Of a DNA stretch of 64,000 nt, positions 10,730-20,856 are shown piece after piece. Numbering within the stretch: position 1 is the stretch's first letter; each line of letters opens with the position of its first letter. The DNA lies in the NCBI RefSeq assembly GCF_000517405.1, contig NZ_CP006568.1:4273565-4337564 (forward strand). Direction: 5' to 3'. Under the pieces are notes generated by a model. The model saw only the letters and a list, made by a program, of their open reading frames with translations. It did no database searches and was not told the origin of the DNA. Position numbers and translations under genes: made by a program. Origin of the DNA: Candidatus Sodalis pierantonii str. SOPE (GTDB lineage: Bacteria > Pseudomonadota > Gammaproteobacteria > Enterobacterales > Enterobacteriaceae).

Positions 10730-11784
10730 CGCTTTGTTGAATAAATCCGAAATTTGTGACGACTTCCTTCCTATCAGGGCGATTGTTACATGATGCGGAC
10801 GCTGTTTGGCATTCCTAACAGTGTGATCCGGTTGAGTGCTTTAACCATTGCCATTGCCTCACCTACCTGCGCGTCATAGTCATGCAGACTCAGATGACCA
10901 CCCAGAAGTGTTTTAAACCGGAACATGGCCGTTTCAGCCAGTGAACGCCGGTGATAACCTACTTTCTTTTTCCAGGTATCGTTATTGCCGCTCAGATGCT
11001 GATTTGCCACCGCATGATTACGCTCATGGTATCGAGCTGGCCAATATTGCGCACCACTTCGCGGTGGGATAAGCGGCTTTATTTTTTTCCTCAGCAGAGC
11101 ATCATGACAGTAACGCGTATCGTAAGCACTGTCAGCCGACGCTTCCCTGATTTTCCGGTGGGTTTGGTTAATCAGCCCGGGCAGCGCCTGCGCATCTGTC
11201 GTACCGCTTAGCGATAAATCGGCACAGATAATTTCATGTGTCACGCTATCTACTGCCAGATGAAGCTTGCGCCATACTCTGCGCCTCTCAGCCCCATGCT
11301 GCCTGACTTTCCATTCGCCTTCGCCGAAGACTTTCAGGCCGGTGCCATCGATGACCAGGTGTGAGATTTCGCCGCGGGTTGGCGTTTTTATGCTGATGTC
11401 GACGGTTTTTGCTCGCCGGCTGACCAGAGAGTAATCTGGGCAGCGCAGCGACAGCCCCATCAGTTTAAAAATCGAGTCAACGAAACCCTGTAACGCCCGG
11501 AGCGAAAGGTTAAACACGCGCTTTATCATCAGAACCGTGGTAATGGCCATATCGGTGTAGTGAAGCGGCCGGCCACGATGTTCAGGTGGTGTACTCTCAG
11601 TCCATGCAGCAATGGCTGACTCATCAAGCCATACTGTCAGGTCCCCCCGCTGCCTGAGCGCATTGTTATATGCGGGCCAGTTGGTAATTTTAAACTTTTG
11701 CTTTGCCATGGGGACCTGATGTTGAAACGAATGTAGTGATCAGAGCCGCCAGTCACCTAAAAGTTCGATTTATTCAACAAAGCC
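10730..11784 (-). mobile_element. IS903-like copy 2, intact, flanked by 9-bp TSD catttctta
   Basis: It has the same terminal IRs, in reverse orientation. Direct repeat catttctta lies at 10721-10729 and 11785-11793. Confidence 0.85.
10786..11709 (-). CDS. IS5-family (IS903-group) transposase
   Basis: 307-aa ORF MAKQKFKITNWPAYNNALRQRGDLTVWLDE..., with the DDE region intact. It is identical in length to the copy at 12576..13499. Confidence 0.9.
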   Translation of the reverse strand: MAKQKFKITNWPAYNNALRQRGDLTVWLDESAIAAWTESTPPEHRGRPLHYTDMAITTVLMIKRVFNLSLRALQGFVDSIFKLMGLSLRCPDYSLVSRRAKTVDISIKTPTRGEISHLVIDGTGLKVFGEGEWKVRQHGAERRRVWRKLHLAVDSVTHEIICADLSLSGTTDAQALPGLINQTHRKIREASADSAYDTRYCHDALLRKKIKPLIPPRSGAQYWPARYHERNHAVANQHLSGNNDTWKKKVGYHRRSLAETAMFRFKTLLGGHLSLHDYDAQVGEAMAMVKALNRITLLGMPNSVRIM

Positions 11785-12500
11785 CATTTCTTACTCTGAT
11801 GTACTGTGCCACAAGAGTAAAAATTGTGCTGGGGTATCCCGATTATCATGCTCTAATGGCCTGTCTAGCAACTGCATTACTGATATGGGTGGGAATTCCA
11901 GCCAATAGTATAGTATCGCGTCTACTGTCTCTACCACCATTAGTCATCCTAGGAAGGCTTTCTTACTCATTATACCTTTGGCACTGGCCTATTTTTGCTG
12001 TGGGACGTTACCTGGGGTTCAAAGAAAACCTTGTTTTTACTATTACATGTTATACACTAACTTTACTGCTCTCCTGTATTTCTTATTTTTTTATTGAAAA
12101 ACCATGTAGAAAAAAAAGCAACTCTTTGCCAACATCTTTTTCAATCCTCGTGTTAATATCAATAATTATTTTTGTAGCACTATACTCATTGACCGAACGA
12201 TACAATGGGTTCAGTGGGCGCTTTGGTGCAGATTATTTGCGTATAACATCTACGCTGGACAAATATGAGTCGCCCTATAGAGAGTCATGTTTGAACGATA
12301 ATGAGGACGGAAAAAATAACGATTGTATCATTGGTGATACAGACGCCCTCAAAAAGGCACTACTGATCGGAGACTCACATTCTAATCATTTTTGGAATTT
12401 TATAGATTTATTGGCTAAGGATGCGCATGTCTCTGTGATGGTACAGGGCACATCGACGTGTTTAGTGTTACCCGGTATTTCTCAGTTTGATTGGAGGCGC

Positions 12501-13555
12501 GGCTTTGTTGAATAAATCGAACTTTTAGGTGACTGGCGGCTATGATCACTACATTCGTTTCAACATCAGGTCCCCATGGCAAAGCAAAAGTTTAAAATTA
12601 CCAACTGGCCCGCATATAACAATGCGCTCAGGCAGCGGGGGGACCTGACAGTATGGCTTGATGAGTCAGCCATTGCTGCATGGACTGAGAGTACACCACC
12701 TGAACATCGTGGCCGGCCGCTTCACTACACCGATATGGCCATTACCACGGTTCTGATGATAAAGCGCGTGTTTAACCTTTCGCTCCGGGCGTTACAGGGT
12801 TTCGTTGACTCGATTTTTAAACTGATGGGGCTATCGCTGCGCTGCCCAGATTACTCTCTGGTCAGCCGGCGAGCAAAAACCGTCGACATCAGCATAAAAA
12901 CGCCAACCCGCGGCGAAATCTCACACCTGGTCATCGATGGCACCGGCCTGAAAGTCTTCGGCGAAGGCGAATGGAAAGTCAGGCAGCATGGGGCTGAGAG
13001 GCGCAGAGTATGGCGCAAGTTTCATCTGGCAGTAGATAGCGCGACACATGAAATTATCTGTGCCGATTTATCGCTAAGTGGTACGACAGATGCGCAGGCG
13101 CTGCCCGGGCTGATTAACCAAACCCACCGGAAAATCAGGGAAGCGTCGGCTGACAGTGCTTACGATACGCGTTACTGTCATGATGCTCTGCTGAGGAAAA
13201 AAATAAAGCCGCTTATCCCACCGCGAAGTGGTGCGCAATATTGGCCAGCTCGATACCATGAGCGTAACCATGCGGTGGCAAATCAGCATCTGAGCGGCAA
13301 TAACGATACCTGGAAAAAGAAAGTAGGTTATCACCGGCGTTCACTGGCTGAAACGGCCATGTTCCGGTTTAAAACACTTCTGGGTGGTCATCTGAGTCTG
13401 CATGACTATGACGCGCAGGTAGGTGAGACAATGGCAATGGTTAAAGCACTTAACCGGATCACACTGTTAGGAATGCCAAACAGCGTCCGCATCATGTAAC
13501 AATCGCCCTGATAGGAAGGAAGTCGTCACAAATTTCGGATTTATTCAACAAAGCG
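12501..13555 (+). mobile_element. IS903-like copy 3, intact, flanked by 9-bp TSD tggaggcgc
   Basis: IRs as above. TSD lies at 12492-12500 and 13556-13564. Confidence 0.85.
12576..13499 (+). CDS. IS5-family (IS903-group) transposase
   Basis: 307-aa intact ORF. It differs by a few residues from the copy at 10786..11709. Confidence 0.9.
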   Translation: MAKQKFKITNWPAYNNALRQRGDLTVWLDESAIAAWTESTPPEHRGRPLHYTDMAITTVLMIKRVFNLSLRALQGFVDSIFKLMGLSLRCPDYSLVSRRAKTVDISIKTPTRGEISHLVIDGTGLKVFGEGEWKVRQHGAERRRVWRKFHLAVDSATHEIICADLSLSGTTDAQALPGLINQTHRKIREASADSAYDTRYCHDALLRKKIKPLIPPRSGAQYWPARYHERNHAVANQHLSGNNDTWKKKVGYHRRSLAETAMFRFKTLLGGHLSLHDYDAQVGETMAMVKALNRITLLGMPNSVRIM

Positions 13556-14091
13556 TGGAGGCGCTACAAAAACAGTGTTTATAAAGATTGCCATGACAAT
13601 GTGGCTCGCTATTATGACAAGATACAAAAAGAGAAATTTGATTATGTCATCATTGGTGAAGTCTGGAACCATTATACAAGTGACAATATCATAAATAAAC
13701 TCGGGGATGCGCGTTCAGAGGCGTTGTCCAGACAACGCATTGAAGTCGTGATGAGAAAGGCGATGGGTATCATAATTAAATCAGGCGCAAAGCCCGTTAT
13801 TATAAAAACAATCTATATTGCACCCAAAGAATACGTACCATGCTTTTATCAAAACGTCAAATTAAGAGCACACAATAAAGACGCATCTTGTGAACGTGGT
13901 GTATGGAATGGTGATGGTAGTGACTGGTTCAATCAGCTTTTTAAGCAATTAAAAACTGAATATCCTTCCCTTATTATTATTGACCCGAAGCGCGTACAAT
14001 GCTCGGGGAAAAACTGTGTAACAGAAATTGATGGGATCCCTATTTACCAGTGATTACTGGCATCTTACAGATCACGCTTCTTTTATTTTTG

Positions 14092-14308
14092 GGCTTTGTT
14101 GAATAAATCGAACTTTTAGGTGACTGGCGGCTCTGATCACTACATTCGTTTCAACATCAGGTCCCCATGGCAAAGCAAAAGTTTAAAATCACCAACTGGC
14201 CCGCATACAACAATGCGCTCAGGCAGCGGGGGGACATGACAGTATGGCTTGATGAGTCAGCCATTGCTGCATGGACTGAGAGTACACCACCTGAACATCG
14301 TGGCCGGC
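14092..14308 (+). mobile_element. IS903-like copy 4, 5' 217 bp only, truncated by IS256-family insertion
   Basis: The left IR and transposase codons 1-47 match the other copies up to cgtggccggc at 14308, then diverge into the IS256-family end. Confidence 0.8.
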
Positions 14309-15623
14309 GACCCTGTACACGATTCTGTGTAAATGCCTTTTCTCAGAAGTGACCGTCCAGGCGGTCACCGAACTCGATAATAAAGCGGCTCATTGCCATG
14401 CGCCAGTCCCTCAAAGGCATTGTCCATTTCTGTGAGGCCGCCTGTATCGTCAGCCACACCACCTTTTTCACTGCGTCGTCGGTCGGGAACACCTTGCGCT
14501 TTTTGATGGCATGCCGGATCACGCTGTTTAACGACTCGATGGCATTGGTCGTGTAGATCACCTTGCGGATGTCCGTTGGGTAGGCAAAGAACGTGGCCAG
14601 ATTGGCCCAGTTTGCCTGCCAGCTTCGACTTATTTGCGGGTAGCGGATGTCCCAGGCACTGGAGAACGCTTCCAGCGCCTGCAAGCCGGCTTCTTCCGTA
14701 GGGGCCTGATAGATAGCTTTTAGGTCGCGGGTGACGGCCTTGTAGTCCTTCCAGGAGACGAACCGCAGGCTGTTGCGCACCATATGCACGATACACAGCT
14801 GGAGCCGCGCCTCCGGATACACCGCGTTAATAGCGTCAGGGAAACCTTTCAGCCCGTCTACGCAGGCGATAAGGATATCGTTCAGGCCGCGGTTTTTCAG
14901 CTCTGTCAGCACGTTCAGCCAGAACTTTGCGCCTTCATTTTCGGCCAGCCACATACCTAGCAACTCTTTCTGGCCTTCGATGTTGATGCCCAGCGCCAGG
15001 AACACAGATTTGTTGATGATGCGGCTGTCCTGCCGGACTTTTAGAACGATACAGTCAAGATAAACAATGGGATAGACTGCATCCAGAGGCCGGTTTTGCC
15101 ATTCAACAACCTGCTCCATGACCGCATCGGTGACCTTTGAGACCAGCGCCGGCGAGACATCGGCGTCATACAGCTCCTTGAACGCGGCGGCGATCTCGCG
15201 GGTGGTCATCCCTTTGGCGTACAACGATAAAATCTGGTTATCCATCCCGGTAATCCGGGTCTGGTTCTTCTTCATCAGTTGCGGTTCAAAGGAACCGTCA
15301 CGATCGCGCGGAGTACGCAGCGCCAGCGGGCCATCGCCAGTGGTAACGGTTTTTGTGGAATAGCCGTTGCGGGCGTTGGTCCCCGGTTTAGGCTGATTTT
15401 TATCGTAGCCGAGGTGATGGGTCATTTCGGCATTGAGAGCTGCTTCGACGCTGATTTTTTTCAGCAGCCGATCGAAGTGACTGAGTTCTTCAGGGGTTTT
15501 GAGATTTTTGGCCAGTTCGTTAGCCAGAGCCTGCAACTGTTTTTCGTCCATAAATTAACCTGTTTTTGATGTTGGATTGAACATATCAAAATCAGGCAAA
15601 TACACAAATTTCTAAACAGGCTC
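14309..15623 (-). mobile_element. IS256-family element copy A (about 1315 bp), intact transposase, no TSD
   Basis: Ends are GACCCTGTACACGATTCTGTGTA... and ...CACAAATTTCTAAACAGGCTC, an imperfect IR pair, defined by comparison with copies at 57020-59655. The left flank is IS903 and the right flank is integrase sequence. Confidence 0.8.
14343..15551 (-). CDS. IS256-family transposase
   Basis: 402-aa ORF MDEKQLQALANELAKNLKTPEELSHFDRLLKK...DRLDGHF. This is the mutator-type transposase architecture. Confidence 0.9.
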   Translation of the reverse strand: MDEKQLQALANELAKNLKTPEELSHFDRLLKKISVEAALNAEMTHHLGYDKNQPKPGTNARNGYSTKTVTTGDGPLALRTPRDRDGSFEPQLMKKNQTRITGMDNQILSLYAKGMTTREIAAAFKELYDADVSPALVSKVTDAVMEQVVEWQNRPLDAVYPIVYLDCIVLKVRQDSRIINKSVFLALGINIEGQKELLGMWLAENEGAKFWLNVLTELKNRGLNDILIACVDGLKGFPDAINAVYPEARLQLCIVHMVRNSLRFVSWKDYKAVTRDLKAIYQAPTEEAGLQALEAFSSAWDIRYPQISRSWQANWANLATFFAYPTDIRKVIYTTNAIESLNSVIRHAIKKRKVFPTDDAVKKVVWLTIQAASQKWTMPLRDWRMAMSRFIIEFGDRLDGHF

Positions 15624-15682
15624 ACATTGGTGATTATACGCCAGAGCCAGTTTCTACTTCAACAAAAGCCAAGCACCTTGTA

Positions 15683-16393
15683 TTGATGAAATCAATCATG
15701 CGGGCCGCTGAACGTGAATGGAAGTGGATAGAAAAATCACCTGTTATCAAAGTTCCACAAGAGAAAAATAAGCGGGTACGGTGGCTCGAACCCGCAGAAG
15801 CCCAAAGGCTAATTGAAGAATGTCCTGAACCTCTGAAGTCTATCGTAGAATTCGCATTATCAACAGGTCTTCGCCGTTCTAACATTGTCAATCTAAAGTG
15901 GCAGCAGATAGATATGCAGCGCAAAGTCGCTTGGGTGCATCCGGAAGAGAGTAAGTCAGGGCGAGCTATCGGAGTTGCGTTGAATGATATGGCGTGTGCA
16001 GTGCTGAGGCGACAAATAGGACATCATCATAATTTGGTGTTCGTCCATACGACAGCAGTTAAAAGAAATGATGGCACGACTACAGCATCAGTACGAAAAA
16101 TGCGTGTTGATTCAAATACAGCTTGGAGAGCGGCGCTGAGACGTGCAGGAATCGAAAACTTCCGGTTTCATGATCTGCGTCACACCTGGGCAAGCTGGTT
16201 AGTTCAGTCAGGGGTGCCCCTGTCTGCATTGCAGGAAATGGGAGGGTGGGAGTCTATAGAAATGGTACAGCGTTATGCGCACCTAGCCCCGAACCATCTT
16301 ACAGTGCATGCACGGCAAATTGATGCGATTTTTGACGGTCGCGTCCCAAATCCGTCCCACTGCGAAAAAGTGGTCATTGAGAAAAACAGCTAA
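15683..16393 (+). pseudogene. P4-like tyrosine integrase, catalytic domain only (N-terminal about 170 aa lost at IS256 junction)
   Basis: 236 aa with the R...[15 protein letters not shown]...[16 protein letters not shown] box (the R/H/R/Y catalytic residues of tyrosine recombinases). It ends 15 bp from the 3' end of tRNA-Arg. Confidence 0.75.
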
Positions 16394-16408
16394 CTCATTG
16401 ATTTTAAA

Positions 16409-16485
16409 TGGTACGCCCTACTGGACTCGAACCAGTGACCTACGGCTTAGAAGGCCGTTGCTCTATCCAACTGAGCTAAGGGCGC
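16409..16485 (-). tRNA. argU: tRNA-Arg (anticodon UCU), argU-like
   Basis: The reverse complement reads GCGCCCTTAGCTCAGTTGGATAGAGCAACGGCCTTCTAAGCCGTAGGTCACTGGTTCGAGTCCAGTAGGGCGTACCA. It folds as a cloverleaf: anticodon stem ACGGC/GCCGT, loop CTTCTAA, CCA end. It is close to E. coli argU. Confidence 0.9.
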
Positions 16486-16668
16486 ACAACGGAAACCGCG
16501 GCGGTGAATGCGGTTTGGATTATACGGAGGTAAGCGTTTGAGTCAATGGCTTTTCTGTCCGTTGTTCTGTTGGTAAAAGGTCAGGATGCATTCTGTGCCT
16601 GACAGCGGGGTGCGCTTCTGCCAAAATAGCGCCCTCAGCCCGATTACAATGACGGATTTCCGATTCAG

Positions 16669-17541
16669 ATGGTAGCGAAAATAATTGATGGTAAGGCCGT
16701 TGCCCAGCAGGTCAGAAGTGAAGTGGCCGCGCGGGTACAGGAGCGCCTCAAGGCGAGCAAGCGTGCGCCCGGACTGGCGGTAGTGCTGGTCGGCGGCGAT
16801 CCCGCCTCGCAGATTTATGTTGCCAGCAAACGCAAAGCCTGTGAAGACGTCGGTTTTATCTCCCTTTCCTATGATCTGCCGAGCACGGTCACGGAGGCGG
16901 AATTACTGGCGCTGATTGATCGGCTGAATGCCGACCGCCGCGTGGACGGCATATTGGTGCAACTGCCGCTGCCGGCGGGGATTGATAATATCAGCGTGCT
17001 GGAGCGTATCGCGCCAGATAAAGATGTAGACGGTTTCCATCCCTATAATGTCGGCCGTCTGTGCCAACGCGCGCCGCTGCTGCGACCCTGTACCCCGCGC
17101 GGCATTGTGACGTTGCTCGAGCGCTATCGCATCGATACCTTTGGCCTCAATGCCGTTGTGGTTGGCGCGTCCAATATTGTCGGCCGGCCCATGAGTCTTG
17201 AGCTGTTGCTGGCGGGCTGTACGGTAACCGTCACCCACCGTTTCACGCACGATTTACGGCATCATATCGAAAATGCCGATCTGCTGGTGGTGGCGGTGGG
17301 CAAAGCGAGCTTTATTCCCGGCGAGTGGATCAAACCCGGTGCGGTAGTCATGGATGTCGGGATTAATCGTCTGGACAGCGGCAAAGTGGTTGGCGACGTG
17401 GATTATGCCAGCGCCGCCGAGCGCGCCGCCTACATTACGCCGGTGCCCGGCGGCGTGGGCCCGATGACGGTGGCCACGCTGATTCAGAATACCTTGCAGG
17501 CCTGCGAGGATTATCATGATACGTCTGCGCCGGAGGCTTAA
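16669..17541 (+). CDS. folD: bifunctional methylenetetrahydrofolate dehydrogenase/cyclohydrolase FolD
   Basis: 290 aa, near-collinear with E. coli FolD ([20 protein letters not shown]...). Confidence 0.92.
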   Translation: MVAKIIDGKAVAQQVRSEVAARVQERLKASKRAPGLAVVLVGGDPASQIYVASKRKACEDVGFISLSYDLPSTVTEAELLALIDRLNADRRVDGILVQLPLPAGIDNISVLERIAPDKDVDGFHPYNVGRLCQRAPLLRPCTPRGIVTLLERYRIDTFGLNAVVVGASNIVGRPMSLELLLAGCTVTVTHRFTHDLRHHIENADLLVVAVGKASFIPGEWIKPGAVVMDVGINRLDSGKVVGDVDYASAAERAAYITPVPGGVGPMTVATLIQNTLQACEDYHDTSAPEA

Positions 17542-17543
17542 CC

Positions 17544-17756
17544 ATGACGACGTTTTCCCTTGAAGGGCACCCCTATATCGCATTATGCGATCTTCTGAAA
17601 ATTTCGGGCTGGTGCGATAGCGGCGCGGCGGCCAAGTTGGTCATTGATGAGGGCCGGGTCACGGTAAACGACGTGGTGGAAACCCGCCGACGCTGTAAGA
17701 TCACCGCCGGGCAGCGCGTCGCCTACGCCGGTCAGCAGGTCACGATCGCGGACTAA
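17544..17756 (+). CDS. ybcJ: ribosome-associated S4-domain protein YbcJ
   Basis: 70 aa, syntenic downstream of folD. Confidence 0.8.
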   Translation: MTTFSLEGHPYIALCDLLKISGWCDSGAAAKLVIDEGRVTVNDVVETRRRCKITAGQRVAYAGQQVTIAD

Positions 17757-17842
17757 CCGGCGGGAGAAGCGTTATAGCCGGTCCCCGCTGTCCAAGTAGG
17801 GGAACGGCGCGGGCCGTCGAGGGCCAGCGCCGGCCTATACCT

Positions 17843-19228
17843 TTAACCGCGGCGCCAGGTCGTACCCTGGGGGCCGTCTTCCAGCACGATGCCCAGCGCG
17901 GTAAGTTTATCCCGGGCCTCATCCGCCAGTGCCCACTGCCGGGCTTTGCGCGCGTCGTTGCGCTGCTGAATTAACGCGGTTATCTCGGCATTCTCATCCA
18001 CGTCGCCGCCGGCGCCCTGCTGCAAGAAGGCGGCGGGGTCCTGCTCAAGCAGCCCCAGCACGCCGGCCAGCTGGCGTAACGTCGCCGCCATACCCTGCGC
18101 CGCCGCCGGCTGCTCGCTTTTCAAGCGGTTCACCTCGCGGGCGATGTCGAACAGGACAGAATAGGCTTCCGGGGTATTAAAGTCGTCATCCATCGCCGCA
18201 GTAAACTGCGCCACGAAGTTTTCACCGCCGGCGGGCGCAGCTGCCGCATCGGTGCCGCGCAGGGCGGTATACAGGCGCTCAAGGGCGGCCCGCGTCTGTT
18301 TGAGATTCTCTTCGCTGTAATTAAGCTGGCTGCGGTAATGGCCGGACATCAGAAAATAGCGCACCGTTTCGGCGTCGTAATAGCGCAGGACGTCGCGCAC
18401 GGTAAAAAAGTTGCCCAGGGATTTGGACATCTTCTCTCGATCGACCATCACCATCCCGGCGTGCATCCACACATTGACATAAGGGCCGTCGTGAGCACAG
18501 GTGGACTGTGCGATTTCATTTTCATGATGCGGGAAAATCAGGTCCGAACCGCCGCCGTGGATGTCAAAATGATGGCCAAGCTGCCGGCTGTTCATGGCCG
18601 AACACTCAATGTGCCAGCCAGGCCGGCCGTCGCCCCACGGCGATGGCCAACTCGGCTCGCCGGGCTTCGACATTTTCCACAGTACGAAGTCCATGGGGTT
18701 GCGTTTTACTTCGGCGACTTCGACGCGAGCGCCGGCCTGGAGCTGCGCCAGATCCTGGCGAGACAACAGGCCATAATCGCTGTCGCTGTCCACGGCGAAC
18801 ATCACATCACCGTTGGTGGCCACATAGGCATGTTCTCTGGCGAGAAGCTGCCCCACTAGTTCAATAATCACGTCCATATAGTACGTGGCGCGCGGTTCAT
18901 GATCGGGACGCAAAATATTCAGCTGATCGAAATCGAGATGCATCTCTTGGATCATGCGATCGGTAAACTGATGAAAGGGCTCACCGTTTTCCGCGGCGCG
19001 GCGGATAATTTTATCTTCAATATCGGTAATATTGCGGACATAATTGACCTCATAACCACGATAGCGCAGATAGCGGGTAACGACGTCAAAGGCGACGAAA
19101 GTGCGCCCATGGCCGATGTGGCAGAGGTCATACACGGTAATGCCGCACACATACATACCGACTTTACCGACATGGATAGGTTTAAATTCCTCTTTTTGGC
19201 GTGTCAGGGTGTTAAAAATCTTTAGCAT
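17843..19228 (-). CDS. cysS: cysteine--tRNA ligase
   Basis: 461 aa with HIGH ([16 protein letters not shown]) and KMSKS motifs. Confidence 0.93.
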   Translation of the reverse strand: MLKIFNTLTRQKEEFKPIHVGKVGMYVCGITVYDLCHIGHGRTFVAFDVVTRYLRYRGYEVNYVRNITDIEDKIIRRAAENGEPFHQFTDRMIQEMHLDFDQLNILRPDHEPRATYYMDVIIELVGQLLAREHAYVATNGDVMFAVDSDSDYGLLSRQDLAQLQAGARVEVAEVKRNPMDFVLWKMSKPGEPSWPSPWGDGRPGWHIECSAMNSRQLGHHFDIHGGGSDLIFPHHENEIAQSTCAHDGPYVNVWMHAGMVMVDREKMSKSLGNFFTVRDVLRYYDAETVRYFLMSGHYRSQLNYSEENLKQTRAALERLYTALRGTDAAAAPAGGENFVAQFTAAMDDDFNTPEAYSVLFDIAREVNRLKSEQPAAAQGMAATLRQLAGVLGLLEQDPAAFLQQGAGGDVDENAEITALIQQRNDARKARQWALADEARDKLTALGIVLEDGPQGTTWRRG

Positions 19229-19492
19229 CGAAAATCATTCCATGTGTCTGCGGATTGCGCATGTAGAGCGGCCAGCGGTAAAGGTCAATAAACCTAACGG
19301 GGTATTGAACCCTGAAGCCGCAGCTATTGCAAGGGTATGCCCGGAATTCCCCGCGCTTGACGCGGTGCTGTCATTCGGCGGACGGAGGGAAACGGGGGAC
19401 GATGCTGACTCTATGCCAGAGTTATGCTATAAAACCCCTCTGCCCGTACACTTTGTATGAATGCAATTCATCAGACTTTCAGGACATTAAAT

Positions 19493-19987
19493 ATGGTTAC
19501 TTTACATACCAATCACGGCGATATCGTTATCAAAACCTTTGCGGAAAAAGCGCCGTTAACCGTTGAGAATTTCCTCAATTATTGCCGCAGCGGGTTTTAT
19601 GACAACACCATTTTCCGTCGCGTGATTAATGGTTTCATGATCCAGGGCGGCGGCTTTGTCCCCGGTATGGAACATAAGGCGACCCAGGCGCCGGTAAAAA
19701 ACGAAGCCAATAATGGTCTGAAAAACAATCGCGGTACGCTGGCGATGGCCCGTACCAACGATCCGCATTCTGCCACCGCGCAATTTTTTATCAACGTGGT
19801 GGATAATGACTTCCTGAATTTCCGTTCTGAGCGTCCCGACGGCTGGGAATATTGTGTCTTCGCCGAAGTGACCGAGGGTCTGGACGTGGTGGATAAAATC
19901 AAAGGCGTCGCGACCGGCCGCAGCGGGATGCACCAGGATGTACCGAAAGACGACGTCATCATTACCCATGTGACGATCGCGGAGTAA
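19493..19987 (+). CDS. ppiB: peptidyl-prolyl cis-trans isomerase B (cyclophilin)
   Basis: [21 protein letters not shown]... matches the E. coli PpiB start. The ORF-track start at 19457 is probably too far upstream. Confidence 0.88.
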   Translation: MVTLHTNHGDIVIKTFAEKAPLTVENFLNYCRSGFYDNTIFRRVINGFMIQGGGFVPGMEHKATQAPVKNEANNGLKNNRGTLAMARTNDPHSATAQFFINVVDNDFLNFRSERPDGWEYCVFAEVTEGLDVVDKIKGVATGRSGMHQDVPKDDVIITHVTIAE

Positions 19988-19997
19988 CCTTAGCCGC

Positions 19998-20717
19998 ATG
20001 TCAACGCTGTTCGTCGCGGATATTCATCTTTGCGCACAAGAGCCGGCGATTACCGCCGGTTTTCTGCATTTTCTACGTACCCGCGCCCGCGCCGCGCAAG
20101 CATTGTATATTCTTGGCGACCTGTTTGAGGTGTGGATAGGCGATGATGATCCCAATCCGCTGCATCACGAGATCGCCGTCGCACTACGGGCGCTGGGTCA
20201 ACGCGGTATTCCCTGCTATTTCATTCACGGTAATCGTGATTTCCTGCTTGGCCAGCGCTACGCCAGCGCCTGCGGTATGACGCTGCTGCCCGCGCAGCAG
20301 GTTATGCAGCTTGACGGGCTTCGGGTGGTGATATTGCATGGCGACACGCTGTGTACCGACGATAGCGATTATCAGCGTTTTCGCCGCCGGGTGCATCAAC
20401 GCTGGCTGCAGCGGCTGTTTCTGTCGCAGCCGCTGCGGCTGCGGCTGCGCATCGCCGACAGGATGCGCGCCAATAGTCTCCATGCCAACTCCGGGAAAAC
20501 CGCCGATATCATGGACGTCAACGCGCAGGCGGTCATGACGGTGCTGGCGCACACCGGCGCGACGGTGATGATCCATGGCCATACCCACCGGCCGGCGATA
20601 CATGAGCTGCCGGGGGAGCGCCGTCGCGCGGTGCTTGGCGCCTGGCACCTCCAGGGGTCGGCCATTGAGGTCACGGCCAAGGGCGTCACGCTGCACGAGT
20701 TCCCTTTTGGCGGTTGA
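19998..20717 (+). CDS. lpxH: UDP-2,3-diacylglucosamine hydrolase LpxH
   Basis: 239 aa, calcineurin-like metallophosphatase motifs ([15 protein letters not shown]). Confidence 0.9.
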   Translation: MSTLFVADIHLCAQEPAITAGFLHFLRTRARAAQALYILGDLFEVWIGDDDPNPLHHEIAVALRALGQRGIPCYFIHGNRDFLLGQRYASACGMTLLPAQQVMQLDGLRVVILHGDTLCTDDSDYQRFRRRVHQRWLQRLFLSQPLRLRLRIADRMRANSLHANSGKTADIMDVNAQAVMTVLAHTGATVMIHGHTHRPAIHELPGERRRAVLGAWHLQGSAIEVTAKGVTLHEFPFGG

Positions 20718-20856
20718 GATTTGGCGCGCACCCGGCGTCATCTTTTCGAACACGAGAGGCGCTTATCCCCTCAGCGCAGCCACCGGCACCCTCTGCCGCC
20801 AGGGTTTCCCGCTCAACCGGGGGGCTCGTAGGGCGCCAGGCCACCTCTGCACAGGT

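Larger units (their letters stand above)
9105..14053 (+). pseudogene. OafA/OatA-like acyltransferase-3 with C-terminal SGNH domain (O-acetyltransferase type), interrupted by three IS903-like insertions
   Basis: Fragment 9125..9214 is ...IDGLRAIAIIFVLAFYGG. Fragment 10270..10729 carries the HTWSLSIEWQWYLLLP motif. Fragment 11794..12500 carries LGRLSYSLYLWHWPIFAV and the SGNH block-I LLIGDSHSNHF. Fragment 13565..14053 is the SGNH C-terminus. All fragments are in one continuous frame once the IS copies and one TSD each are removed. The 5' ATG at 9105 is out of frame with the domain. Confidence 0.75.

Noticed and set aside
10309-14053. ORFs 10309..10740, 11703..12515 and 13601..14053 as three separate genes.
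   Set aside because: They are consecutive fragments of one acyltransferase-3/SGNH gene separated by IS903 insertions. ORF 11703..12515 begins inside the IS inverted repeat, and the stop of 10309..10740 is the TGA within the IS terminal repeat.
18338-18867. ORFs of 119-173 aa on the + strand inside cysS (18338..18859, 18508..18867), and similar long antisense or overlapping ORFs inside dnaX (44254..44937 etc.), ybbP (26721..27311), acrB (50751..51755, 51816..52547), copA, IDH and mdlB.
   Set aside because: They run entirely opposite or out of frame to well-conserved genes in GC-rich DNA. They have Arg/Ala/Pro-rich low-complexity translations, lack start context, and have no recognisable motifs. 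They are typical GC-driven spurious ORFs.
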